The translations under genes and the position numbers were made by a program. A DNA stretch of 64,000 nt, taken from assembly GCA_043228905.1 (NCBI GenBank), contig JBHGNT010000037.1, positions 124,001 to 188,000 of the forward strand, read 5' to 3'. The DNA is from Azolla caroliniana. Its lineage: Eukaryota > Plantae > Polypodiophyta. The notes beneath the pieces were generated by a model. That model did no database searches and was not told the origin of the DNA. It saw only the letters and a program-made list of their open reading frames with translations. Shown here in pieces: positions 1 through 11,543 of this stretch (positions are counted from its first letter, which is position 1; each line of letters starts with the position of its first letter).

Positions 1-3000
1 CGAGTGAGTAAATTAAACTGGTCAAACCTGGCACGTGTGATATCCGATTTCTCTGTTCAAACATGCGAATCGAAGCTAACAACGCTAGCTTTGATATAGA
101 ATTTAAAAATCAAGATTTTGAAACTCACGTCGAAAGACATGAGGAAATTAGAATATTTGAGGAGGGAGTTGAGAAGAGCTAGTGAGTAAATTAAAATGTT
201 CATACCTGGCTCGTGTGATATCGGATTTTTGTGTTCAAACATGCGAATCGAAGCTAACAACGCTAGCTATCATATAGAATTAAAAAAATCGAGATTTTGA
301 AACTCAGGTCGAGAGACATGAGGAAATTAGCATATTTCAAGAAGGAGTTGAGAAGAGCCAGTCAGTAAATTAAAATGTTCAGACCTGGCACGTGTGATAT
401 CGGATTTTTGTGTTCAAACATGCGAATCGAAGATAAGAACGCTAGCTATGATATAGAATTAAATAATCGAGATTTTGTAACTCAGGTCGAGAGACATGAA
501 GAAATTACAATATTTGAGGAGGGAGTTGAGAAGAGCTAGTGAGTAAATTAAAATGTTCATACCTGGCTCGTGTGATATCGGATTTTTGTGTTCAAACATG
601 CGAATCGAAGCTAACAACGCTAGCTATGATATAGAATTAAAAAATTGAGATTTTGAAACTCAGGTCGAGAGACATGAGGAAATTAGCATATTTGAGGAGG
701 GAGTTGAGAAGAGCCAGTGAGTAAATTAAAATGGTCATACCTGGCTCGTGTGATATCGGATTTCTGTGTTCAAACATGCAAATCGAAGCTAACAAGGCTA
801 GCTATGATATAGAATTAAAAAATCGAGATTTTGAAACTGACGTCGAAAGACATGAGGAAATTAGCATGTTGCAGGAGGGAGTTGAGAAGAGCGAGTGAGT
901 AAATTAAAATGGTCATACCTGGCTCGTGTGATATCGGATTTCTGTGTTCAAACATGCGAATCGAAGCTAACAAGGCTAGCTATGATATAGAATTAAAAAA
1001 TCGAGATTTTGAAACTGACGTCGAAAGACATGAGGAAATTAGCATGTTGGAGGAGGGAGTTGAGAAGAGCGAGTGAGTAAATTAAAATGGTCATACCTGG
1101 CTCGTGTGATATCGGATTTCTGTGTTCAAACATGCGAATCGAAACTAACAAGGCTAGCTATGATATAGAATTAAAAAATCAAGATTTTGAAACTCAGGTC
1201 GAGAGACATGAGGGAATTAGCATATTTGAGGAGGGAGTTGAGAAGAGCTAGTGAGTAAATTAAAATGGTCATACCTGGCTCGTGTGATATCGGATTTCTC
1301 TGTTCAAACATGCGAATCGAAGCTAACAACGCTATCTATGATATAGAATTAAAAAATCGAGATTTTGAAACTCAGGTCGAGCGACATGAGGAAATTAGAA
1401 TATTTGAGGAGGGAGTTGAGAAGAGCTAGTGAGTAAATTAAAATGTTCATACCTGGCACGTGTGATATCGGATTTTTGTGTTCAAACATGCGAATCGAAG
1501 ATAACAACGCTAGCTATGATATAGAATTAAATAATCGAGACTTTGAAACTCAGGTCGAGAGACATGAAGAAATTACAATATTTGAGGAGGGAGTTGAGAA
1601 GAGCTAGTGAGTAAATTAAAATGTTCATACCTGGCTCGTGTGATATCGGATTTTTGTGTTCAAACATGCGAATCGAAGCTAACAACGCTAGCTATGATAT
1701 AGAATTAAAAAATCAAGATTTTGAAACTCAGGTCGAGAGACATGCGGAAATTAGCATATTTGAGGAGGGAGTTGAGAAGAGCGAGTGAGTAAATTAAAAT
1801 GGTCATACCTGGCTCGTTTAATATCGGATTTTCGTGTTCAAACATGCGAATCGAAGCTAACAACGCTAGCTTTCATATAGAATTTAAAAATCAAGATTTT
1901 GAAACTCAGGTCGAGAGACATGCCGAAATTAGCATATTTGAGGAGGGAGTTGAGAAGAGCCAGTGAGTAAATTTAAATGGTCATACCTGGCTCGTGTGAT
2001 ATCGGATTTCTGTGTTCAAACATGCAAATCGAAGCTAACAAGGCTAGCTATGATATAGAATTAAAAAATCGAGATTTTGAAACTGACGTCGAAAGACATG
2101 AGGAAATTAGCATGTTGGAGGAGGGAGTTGAGAAGAGCGAGTGAGTAAATTAAAATGGTCATACCTGGCTCGTGTGATATCGGATTTCTGTGTTCAAACA
2201 TGCGAATCGAAACTAACAAGGCTAGCTATGATATAGAATTAAAAAATCAAGATTTTGAAACTCAGGTCGAGAGACATGCCGAAATTAGCATATTTGAGGA
2301 GGGAGTTGAGAAGAGCGTGTGAGTAAATTAAAATGGTCATACCTGGCTCGTGTGATATCGGATTTCTGTGTTCAAACATGCAAATCGAAGCTAACAAGGC
2401 TAGCTATGATATAGAATTAAAAAATCAAGATTTTGAAACTGACGTCTAAAGACATGAGGAAATTAGCATGTTGGAGGAGGTAGTTGAGAAGAGCGAGTGA
2501 GTAAATAAAATTGTCATACCTGGCTCGTGTGATATCGGATTTCTGTGTTCAAACATGCGAATCGAAACTAACAAGCCTAGCTATGATATAGAATTAAAAA
2601 TTCGTGATTTTGAAACTCAGGTCGAGAGACATGAGGAAATTAGCATATTTGAGGAGGGAGTTGAGAAGAGCCAGTGAGTAAATTAAAATGGTCATACCTG
2701 GCTCGTGTGATATCGGATTTCTGTGTTCAAACATGCAAATCGAAGCTAACAAGGCTAGCTATGATATAGAATTAAAAAATCGAGATTTTGAAACTGACGT
2801 CGAAAGACATGAGGAAATTAGCATGTTGGAGGAGGGAGTTGAGAAGAGCCAGTGAGTAAATTAAAATGTTCATACCTGGCTCGTGTGATATCGGATTTCT
2901 GTGTTCAAACATGCGAATCGAAGCTAACAACGCTAGCTATGATATAGAATTAAAAAATCGAGATTTTGAAACTCAGGTCGAGAGACATGAGGAAATTAGC

Positions 3001-6000
3001 ATATTTGAGGAGGGAGTTGAGAAGAGCGAGTGAGTAAATTAAACTGGTCAAACCTGGCACGTGTGATATCCGATTTCTCTGTTCAAACATGCGAATCGAA
3101 GCTAACAACGCTAGCTTTGATATAGAATTTAAAAATCAAGATTTTGAAACTCACGTCGAAAGACATGAGGAAATTAGAATATTTGAGGAGGGAGTTGAGA
3201 AGAGCCAGTGAGTAAATTAAAATGGTCATACCTGGCTCGTGTGATATCGGATTTTTGTGTTCAAACATGCGAATCGAAGCTAACAACGCTAGCTATCATA
3301 TAGAATTAAAAAATCGAAATTTTGAAACTCAGGTCGAGAGACATGAGGAAATTAGCATATTTCAAGAAGGAGTTGAGAAGAGCTAGTCAGTAAATTAAAA
3401 TGTTCAGACCTGGCACGTGTGATATCGGATTTTTGTGTTCAAACATGCGAATCGAAGATAACAACGCTAGCTATGATATAGAATTAAATAATCGAGATTT
3501 TGAAACTCAGGTCGAGAGACATGAAGAAATTACAATATTTGAGGAGGGAGTTGAGAAGAGCTAGTGAGTAAATTAAAATGTTCATACCTGGCTCGTGTGA
3601 TATTGGATTTTTGTGTTCAAACATGCGAATCGAAGCTAACAACGCTAGCTATGATATAGAATTAAAAAATTGAGATTTTGAAACTCAGGTCGAGAGACAT
3701 GAGGAAATTAGCATATTTGAGGAGGGAGTTGAGAAGAGCCAGTGAGTAAATTAAAATGGTCATACCTGGCTCGTGTGATATCGGATTTCTGTGTTCAAAC
3801 ATGCAAATCGAAGCTAACAAGCCTAGCTATGATATAGAATTAAAAAATCGAGATTTTGAAACTGACGTCGAAAGACATGAGGAAATTAGCATGTTGGAGG
3901 AGGGAGTTGAGAAGAGCGAGTGAGTAAATTAAAATGGTCATACCTGGCTCGTGTGATATCGGATTTCTGTGTTCAAACATGCGAATCGAAGCTAACAACG
4001 CTAGCTATGACATATAATTAAAAAATCGAGATTTTGAAACTCAGGTCGAGAGACATGAGGAAATTAGCATATTTGAGGAGGGAGTTGAGAAGAGCGAGTG
4101 AGTAAATTAAACTGGTCAAAACTGGCACGTGTGATATCCGATTTCTCTGTTCAAACATGCGAATCGAAGCTAACAACGCTAGCTTTGATATAGAATTTAA
4201 AAATCAAGATTTTGAAACTCACGTCGAAAGACATGAGGAAATTAGAATATTTGAGGAGGGAGTTGAGAAGAGCTAGTGAGTAAATTAAAATGTTCATACC
4301 TGGCTCGTGTGATATCGGATTTTTGTGTTGAAACATGCGAATCGAAGCTAACAACGCTAGCTATCATATAGAATTAAAAAATCGAGATTTTGAAACTCAG
4401 GTCGAGAGACATGAGGAAATTAGCATATTTCAAGAAGGAGTTGAGAAGAGCCAGTCAGTAAATTAAAATGTTCAGACCTGGCACGTGTGATATCGGATTT
4501 TTGTGTTCAAACATGCGAATCGAAGATAACAACGCTAGCTATGATATAGAATTAAATAATCGAGATTTTGAAACTCAGGTCGAGAGACATGAAGAAATTA
4601 CAATATTTGAGGAGGGAGTTGAGAAGAGCTAGTGAGTAAATTAAAATGTTCATACCTGGCTCGTGTGATATCGGATTTTGTGTTCAAACATGCGAATCGA
4701 AGCTAACAACGCTAGCTATGATATAGAATTAAAAAATTGAGATTTTGAAACTCAGGTCGAGAGACATGAGGAAATTAGCATATTTGAGGAGGGAGTTGAG
4801 AAGAGCCAGTGAGTAAATTAAAATGGTTATACCTGGCTCGTGTGATATCGGATTTCTGTGTTCAAACAATCAAATCGAAGCTAACAAGGCTAGCTATGAT
4901 ATAGAATTAAAAAATCGAGATTTTGAAACTGACGTCGAAAGACATGAGGAAATTAGCATGTTGGAGGAGGGAGTTGAGAAGAGCGAGTGAGTAAATTAAA
5001 ATGGTCATACCTAGCTCGTGTGATATCGGATTTCTGTGTTCAAACATGCAAATCGAAGCTAACAAGGCTAGCTATGATATAGAATTAAAAAATCGAGATT
5101 TTGAAACTGACGTCGAAAGACATGAGGAAATTAGCATGTTGGAGGAGGGAGTTGAGAAGAGCGAGTGAGTAAATTAAAATGGTCATACCTGGCTCGTGTG
5201 ATATCGGATTTCTGTGTTCAAACATGTGAATCGAAGCTAACAAGGCTAGCTATGACATAGAATTAAAAAATCGAGATTTTGAAACTCAGGTCGAGAGACA
5301 TGAGGAAATTAGCATATTTGAGGAGGGAGTTGAGAAGAGCGAGTGAGTAAATTAAACTGGTCAAACCTGGCACGTGTGATATCGGATTTCTCTGTTCAAA
5401 CATGCGAATCGAAGCTAACAACGCTAGCTATGATATAGAATTAAAAAATCAAGATTTTGAAACTGACGTCGAAAGACATGAGGAAATTACAATATTTGAG
5501 GAGGGAGTTGAGAAGAGCTAGTGAGTAAATTAAAATGTTCATACCTGGCTCGTGTGATATCGGATTTTTGTGTTCAAACATGCGAATCGAAGCTAACAAC
5601 GCTAGCTATGATATAGAATTAAAAAATCGAGATTTTGAAACTCAGGTCGAGCGACATGAGGAAATTAGAATATTTGAGGAGGGAGTTGAGAAGAGCTAGC
5701 GAGTAAATTAAAATGTTCATACCTGGCACGTGTGATATCGGATTTTTGTGTTCAAACATGTGAATCGAAGCTAACAAGGCTAGCTATGACATAGAATTAA
5801 AAAATCGAGATTTTGAAACTCAGGTCGAGAGACATGAGGAAATTAGCATATTTGAGGAGGGAGTTGAGAAGAGCGAGTGAGTAAATTAAACTGGTCAAAC
5901 CTGGCACGTGTGATATCGGATTTCTCTGTTCAAACATGCGAATCGAAGCTAACAACGCTAGCTATGATATAGAATTAAAAAATCAAGATTTTGAAACTGA

Positions 6001-9000
6001 TGTCGAAAGACATGAGGAAATTACAATATTTGAGGAGGGAGTTGAGAAGAGCTAGTGAGTAAATTAAAATGTTCATACCTGGCACGTCTGATATCGGATT
6101 TTTGTGTTCAAACATGCGAATCGAAGATAAGAACGCTAGCTATGATATAGAATTAAATAATCGAGATTTTGAAACTCAGGTCGAGAGACATGAAGAAATT
6201 ACAATATTTGAGGAGGGAGTTGAGAAGAGCTAGTGAGTAAATTAAAATGTTCATACCTGGCTCGTGTGATATCGGATTTTTGTGTTCAAACATGCGAATC
6301 GAAGCTAACAACGCTAGCTATGATATAGAATTAGAAGATCGAGATTTTGAAACTCAGGTCGAGAGACATGCGGAAATTAGCATATTTGAGGAGGGAGTTG
6401 AGAAGAGCGAGTGAGTAAATTAAAATGGTCATACCTGGCTCGTTTAATATCGGATTTTTGTGTTCAAACATGCGAATCGAAGCTAACAACGCTAGCTTTG
6501 ATATAGAATTTAAAAATCAAGATTTTGAAACTCAGGTCGAGAGACATGCCGAAATTAGCATATTTGAGGAGGGAGTTGAGAAGAGCCAGTGAGTAAATTT
6601 AAATGGTCATACCTGGCTCGTGTGATATCGGATTTCTGTGTTCAAACATGCAAATCGAAGCTAACAAGGCTAGCTATGATATAGAATTAAAAAATCGAGA
6701 TTTTGAAACTGACGTCGAAAGACATGAGGAAATTAGCATGTTGGAGGAGGGAGTTGAGAAGAGCGAGTGAGTAAATTAAAATGGTCATACCTGGCTCGTG
6801 TGATATCGGATTTCTGTGTTCAAACATGCGAATCGAAACTAACAAGGCTAGCTATGATATAGAATTAAAAAATCAAGATTTTGAAACTGACGTCGAAAGA
6901 CATGAGGAAATTAGCATGTTGGAGGAGGGAGTTGAGAAGAGCGAGTGAGTAAATTAAAATGGTCATACCTGGCTCGTGTGATATCGGATTTTTGTGTTCA
7001 AACATGCGAATCGAAGGTAACAAAGCTAGGTATGATATAGAATTAAAAAATCGAGATTTTGAAACTCAGGTCGAGAGACATGACGAAATTAACATATTTA
7101 AGGAAGGAGTTGAGAAGAGCCAGTGAGTAAATTAAAATGGTCATACCTGGCTCGTGTGATATCGGATTTCTGTGTTCAAACATGCGAATCGAAACTAACA
7201 AGCCTAGCTATGATATAGAAATAAAAATTCGTGATTTTGAAACTCAGGTCGAGAGACATGAGGAAATTAGCATATTTGAGGAGGGAGTTGAGAAGAGCCA
7301 GTGAGTAAATTAAAATGGTCATACTTGGCTCGTGTGATATCGGATTTCTGTGCTCAAACATGTGAATCGAAGCTAACAAGGCTAGCTATGATATAGAATT
7401 AAAATATCAAGATTTTGAAACTGACGTCGAAAGACATGAGGAAATTAGCATGTTGGAGGAGGGAGTTGAGAAGAGCGAGTGAGTAAATTAAAATGGTTAT
7501 ACCTGGCTCGTGTGATATCGGATTTCTGTATTCAAACATGCGAATCGAAACTAACAAGGCTAGCTATGATATAGAATTAAAAAATCGTGATTTTGAAACT
7601 CAGGTCGAGAGACATGAGGAAATTAGCATATTTGAGGAGGGAGTTGAGAAGAGCCAGTGAGTAAATTAAAATGGTCATACCTGGCTCGTGTGACATCGGA
7701 TTTCTGTGTTCAAACATGCAAATCGAAGCTAACAAGGCTAGCTATGATATAGAATTAAAATATCAAGATTTTGAAACTGACGTCGAAAGACATGAGGAAA
7801 TTAGCATGCTGGAGGAGGGAGTTGAGAAGAGCGAGTGAGTAAATTAAAATGGTCATACCTGGCTCTTGTGATATCGGATTTTTGTGTTCAAACATGCGAA
7901 TCGAAGCTAACAAGGCTAGCTATGATATAGAATTAAAAAATCAAGATTTTGAAACTGACGTCGAAAGACATGAGGAAATTAGCATGTTGGAGGAGGGAGT
8001 TGAGAAGAGCGAGTGAGTAAATTAAAATGGTCATACCTGGCTCGTGTGATATCGGATTTCTGTGTTCAAACATGCGAATCGAAGCTAACAAGCCTAGTTA
8101 TGACATAGAATTAAAAAATCGAGATTTTGAAACTCAGGTCGAGAGACATGAGGAAATTAGCATATTTGAGGAGGGAGTTGAGAAGAGCGTGTGAGTAAAT
8201 TAAAATGGTCATACCTGGCTCGTGTGATATCGGATTTTTGTGTTCAAACATGCGAATCGAATCTAACAACGCTAGCTATGATATAGAATTAAAAAATCGA
8301 GATTTTGAAACTCAGATCGAGAGACATGTGGAAATTAGCATATTTGAGGAGGGAGTTGAGAAGAGCCAGTGAGTAAATTAAAATGGTCATACCTGGCTCG
8401 TGTGATATCGGATTTCTCTATTCAAACATGCGCATCGAAGTTAACAACGCTAGCTATGATATAGAATTAAAAAATCGAGATTTTGAAACTCAGGTCGAGC
8501 GACATGAAGAAATTACAATATTTGAGGAGGGTGTTGAGAAGAGCGTGTGAGTAAATTAAAATGGTCATACCTGGCTCGTGTGACATCGGATTTCTGTGTT
8601 CAAACATGCGAGTCGAAACTAACAAGGCTAGCTATGATATAGAATTAAAAAATCGAGATTTTGAAAATCAGGTCGAGAGACATGAGGAAATTAGCATATT
8701 TGAGGAGGGAGTTGAGAAGAGCCAGTGAGTAAATTAAAATGGTCATACCCAGCTCGTGTGATATCGGATGTCTGTGTTCAAACATGCGAATCGAAGCTAA
8801 CAACGCTAGCTTTGATATAGAATTAAAAAATCAAGATTTTGAAACTCACGTCGAAAGACATGAGGAAATTAGCATGTTTGAGGAGGGAGTTGAGAAGAGC
8901 GAGTGAGTAAATTAAAATGGTCATACCTGGCTCGTGTGATATCGGATTTCTGTGTTCAAACATGCGAATCGAAGTTAACAATGCTAGCTATGATATTGAA

Positions 9001-9521
9001 TTGAAAATTCATAATTTTAAAACTGAGGCCGAGAGACATGACGAAATTAGCAAATTTAAGGAGGTAGTGGAGAAGAGTGCGTCAGTAAATTAAAATGGTC
9101 AAACCTGGCACGTGTGATATCGGATTTCTCTGTTCAAACATGCGAAAGGAAGCTAACAACGCTAGCTATGATATTGAATTGAAAAATCGAGATTTTGAAA
9201 CTCAGGTCGAGCGACATGAAGAAATTACAATATTTGAGGAGGGAGTTGAGAAGAGCTAGTGAGTAAATTAAAATGGTCATACCTAGCTCGTGTGACATCG
9301 GATTTTTGTGTTCAAACATGCAAAATCGAAGTTAACAACGCTAGCTATGATATTGAATTGACAAATTATAATTTTAAAATTGAGGCCGAGAGACATGAGG
9401 AAATTAATAAATTTGAGGAGGGAGTTGAGAAGAGCGAGTGAGTAAATTAAAATGGTAATACCTGGCTCGTGTGATATCGGATTTCTTTGTTCAAACATGC
9501 GAATCGAAGCTAACAAGGCTA
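1..9521 (+). repeat. Tandem satellite array, ~178-bp monomer, left arm (~53 monomers; runs off the window start)
   Basis: AGTGAGTAAATTAAAA-type anchor recurs at 3, 181, 360, 538 and so on (period 178, occasional 1-bp indel). Consensus approx. AGTGAGTAAATTAAAATGGTCATACCTGGCTCGTGTGATATCGGATTTYTGTGTTCAAACATGCGAATCGAAGCTAACAASGCTAGCTATGATATAGAATTAAAAAATCGAGATTTTGAAACTCAGGTCGAGAGACATGAGGAAATTAGCATATTTGAGGAGGGAGTTGAGAAGAGC(C/G/T). A centromeric role is inferred only from the nucleosome-sized monomer and the array organisation. Confidence 0.98.
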
Positions 9522-11069
9522 CCTAACCCTAGTTGGCAACCTCCTACTAAGTACACTCCCTTAGAAAACATTATATCTAAACACCAAACTATCTTTAGGG
9601 ACACACTTCATACACTCAAATTAAAACCCACTAGGATTGCACCTCACTTATCACTAGCCTTACAATCTCTTAAGAAAAACAACAAAATCATAATCCTACC
9701 TGCTGACAAGAATGGTGGAGTGTGTGTTCTTGATAAGGACACGTACTATAACAAAGCTATAGAACACCTTTCTGATACTAATACATATAAAAAAGTCTCC
9801 CACTATCCACTTGAGGAATTATCCTATAGATTGAAAAACATTGTTAATAACCATCTTGGTACCCTATCCAACATAGAAGCCAATTACATACTACATAAAC
9901 CCTCAAAAGGGTACAAAGTATGCAATATCTATTTCCTCCCAAAACTCCATAAAAACCCAATAGGTTTTAGACCTATTTGCTCATACAATAACTCCCTTTT
10001 TGAACAAACATCAAAATGGCTTCACCACCAACTCATGCCTATCCTTCTCCTTCAAAAGCAATATTTGAAAGACTCACATTCCCTTGTCCAGACTTTAGAA
10101 CATCTCAACCCACCCCCTAATAGCTTTATCTTCACCTTTGATGTTGAATCTCTATATCCCAGCATACCCCCTAGGTTAGGACTCCAAGCTTTACGAAAAA
10201 TGATTACCCCACATTTTTCATCTTCTAAAACTAACCTTATCTATACACTTAGCGCACTCACATTAGAATATCACTTTCTATCCTTTGATGACATGATCTA
10301 TCAACAAGTCAAGGGTACAGCCATGGGTAGTAATTTTTCTGTAGTTTATGCATGCCTATTCTTAGCTCACTTAGAGAACTCCCAGCCATCACACCCTAAT
10401 CTTTTTTATTTCACTAGATATATAGATGATGCATTCGGGATATGGACAGGTACTAAACCCGAATTAGAAAATTACCTCCAGTTCTATAACACCTCCACTA
10501 ATAATTGCATCAAAATTACCATCACCACTTCTCCCTTTAGATTACCGTTCTTAGATTTATGGATTAACCTAAAGAATTCACATTTCTCCTTTAATTGCTA
10601 CCAAAAGCCTCAAAATGCCTACCAATATCTCTCATTCTCGTCAGTTCACCCCCTTCACTTAAAACGTCATTTTATTATTAATGAACTAAAACGATACCTA
10701 ATTAGAGAAAGTACCCCCTTAGGTTTCCTTCGAATGAAAAAACTATTTTTTAGTAGATTAGTTAAGAGAGGGTATCCCCTTTCTTTTATATTAGAGAATT
10801 ATAAAAAGGTGCCATTTAACGCCAGGAAATCACTAGTATTTAGTAGAAAACCTAAAAGTACCCTTATACCTGTCATCTTCAAACTTAGGTATACGAAAGA
10901 TACCCCTAGATTAGGAATTCACGACATGCTAGAAAACCTCCACGCAGATTTAGCCACACATCCCCAACTATCCGAACTACCGCGACCCTTCATATGTTGG
11001 ACTAAGTCTAAGTCCATTCATTCCCTTCTCGTCAAAACTAAATATAAATCCATAAAAACTCCCACTTAA
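9522..11069 (+). CDS. Penelope-like reverse transcriptase (RT core + thumb), N-terminally truncated, no C-terminal GIY-YIG domain
   Basis: About 515 uninterrupted codons. Motifs: SWQPP; IILPADKNGGVCVLDK (PLE 'DKG'-type motif, ~9699); IYFLPKLHK; FRPI; FTFDVESLYPSIP (motif A, ~10137); YQQVKGTAMGSNFS (B'); RYIDD (C, YIDD 10419-10430); LPFLDL (E); YLSFSSVHP and RLVKRGYP (thumb); PRPFICWTKSKSIHSLLV, then TAA at 11067-11069. The first 17 aa of the track ORF (9471-9521) are satellite-derived, and there is no genuine start codon. Confidence 0.9.
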   Translation, partial: PNPSWQPPTKYTPLENIISKHQTIFRDTLHTLKLKPTRIAPHLSLALQSLKKNNKIIILPADKNGGVCVLDKDTYYNKAIEHLSDTNTYKKVSHYPLEELSYRLKNIVNNHLGTLSNIEANYILHKPSKGYKVCNIYFLPKLHKNPIGFRPICSYNNSLFEQTSKWLHHQLMPILLLQKQYLKDSHSLVQTLEHLNPPPNSFIFTFDVESLYPSIPPRLGLQALRKMITPHFSSSKTNLIYTLSALTLEYHFLSFDDMIYQQVKGTAMGSNFSVVYACLFLAHLENSQPSHPNLFYFTRYIDDAFGIWTGTKPELENYLQFYNTSTNNCIKITITTSPFRLPFLDLWINLKNSHFSFNCYQKPQNAYQYLSFSSVHPLHLKRHFIINELKRYLIRESTPLGFLRMKKLFFSRLVKRGYPLSFILENYKKVPFNARKSLVFSRKPKSTLIPVIFKLRYTKDTPRLGIHDMLENLHADLATHPQLSELPRPFICWTKSKSIHSLLVKTKYKSIKTPT

Positions 11070-11088
11070 TACTATATGCCTTTTATAT

Positions 11089-11111
11089 CCCACCCCCACA
11101 CCCACCCCCAC
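11089..11111 (-). other. C-rich direct repeat (CCCACCCCCAC x2); potential G-quadruplex on the minus strand
   Basis: Plus strand reads CCC A CCCCC ACA CCC A CCCCC: four runs of at least 3 C with 1-3 nt spacers, 20 nt after the RT stop codon. Confidence 0.5.
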
Positions 11112-11219
11112 CTATCACTTATCATGTACATACATATAACCCCCCTCTAACCCACTTTCACTAACCAATCCATTACCTATCACAATTCCCCGTTTCCCTC
11201 TCTCCCATCATTAAACTCC

Positions 11220-11222
<3 letters not shown>

Positions 11223-11272
<50 letters not shown>
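11223..11272. repeat. (TC)25 microsatellite in the PLE 3' region
   Basis: Perfect TC dinucleotide run read directly from the sequence. Confidence 0.97.
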
Positions 11273-11274
<2 letters not shown>

Positions 11275-11280
11275 TCCCCC

Positions 11281-11288
11281 TATATAAA
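11281..11288 (+). promoter_or_regulatory. Putative TATA box (CCCC-TATATAAA-CC) of the PLE pseudo-LTR promoter
   Basis: Consensus TATAWAWR match just after the (TC)n tract and 28 nt upstream of the first base of hammerhead stem I. Function is inferred. Confidence 0.55.
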
Positions 11289-11308
11289 CCTACCCTCTTG
11301 TTGTAAAT

Positions 11309-11360
11309 GACCTTGGCACTGATGAGCTCTACCTAGAGCGAAACTAGTTTGCACAAGGTC
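11309..11360 (+). ncRNA. Minimal type I hammerhead ribozyme
   Basis: Stem I: GACCTTG-GCA (11309-11318) pairs with TGC-a-CAAGGTC (11350-11360). Core CTGATGA at 11319-11325. Stem II: GCTCT/acct/AGAGC (11326-11339). GAAAC at 11340-11344. Minimal stem III AC-ta-GT. Cleavage triplet GUU, with the predicted cut after 11349. Confidence 0.93.
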
Positions 11361-11383
11361 TTTCTAATGAAAATTTCTTAAGC

Positions 11384-11543
11384 TTTTCTCTTTTCTCTTT
11401 TCTCACTCACTCTTCTCTTCTTCTCTTCTTCTTTCATCTCATTCTCTCATTCTCTTTTACTCTTGGTCACCTCTAATCCTACTCACCTTAGTTTCACTTG
11501 CATCATTGCTTTATTTCTTTTCTTACTCTTCCCATATCATCTC
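11384..11543 (+). repeat. Low-complexity polypyrimidine tract (TTTTCTC / TCTTC / CTCATT subrepeats) in the PLE 3' region
   Basis: Sequence is predominantly C/T with short imperfect repeats, read directly. Confidence 0.75.

Noticed and set aside
9471-9521. N-terminal 17 aa of the 532-aa ORF as a real start or a satellite-RT fusion protein
   Set aside because: This is satellite sequence starting at a GTG that happens to be in frame. The nearby satellite ATG (9497) is out of frame, and the first in-frame ATG lies after RT motif A, so this copy is unlikely to make a functional RT.
9522-9531. CCTAACCCTA at the 5' junction resembling a (CCCTAA)n telomeric repeat
   Set aside because: Under two units long, and it encodes P-N-P directly before the SWQPP motif in frame, so it is best explained as element coding sequence. 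Worth revisiting only if other copies show telomeric repeats at their junctions.
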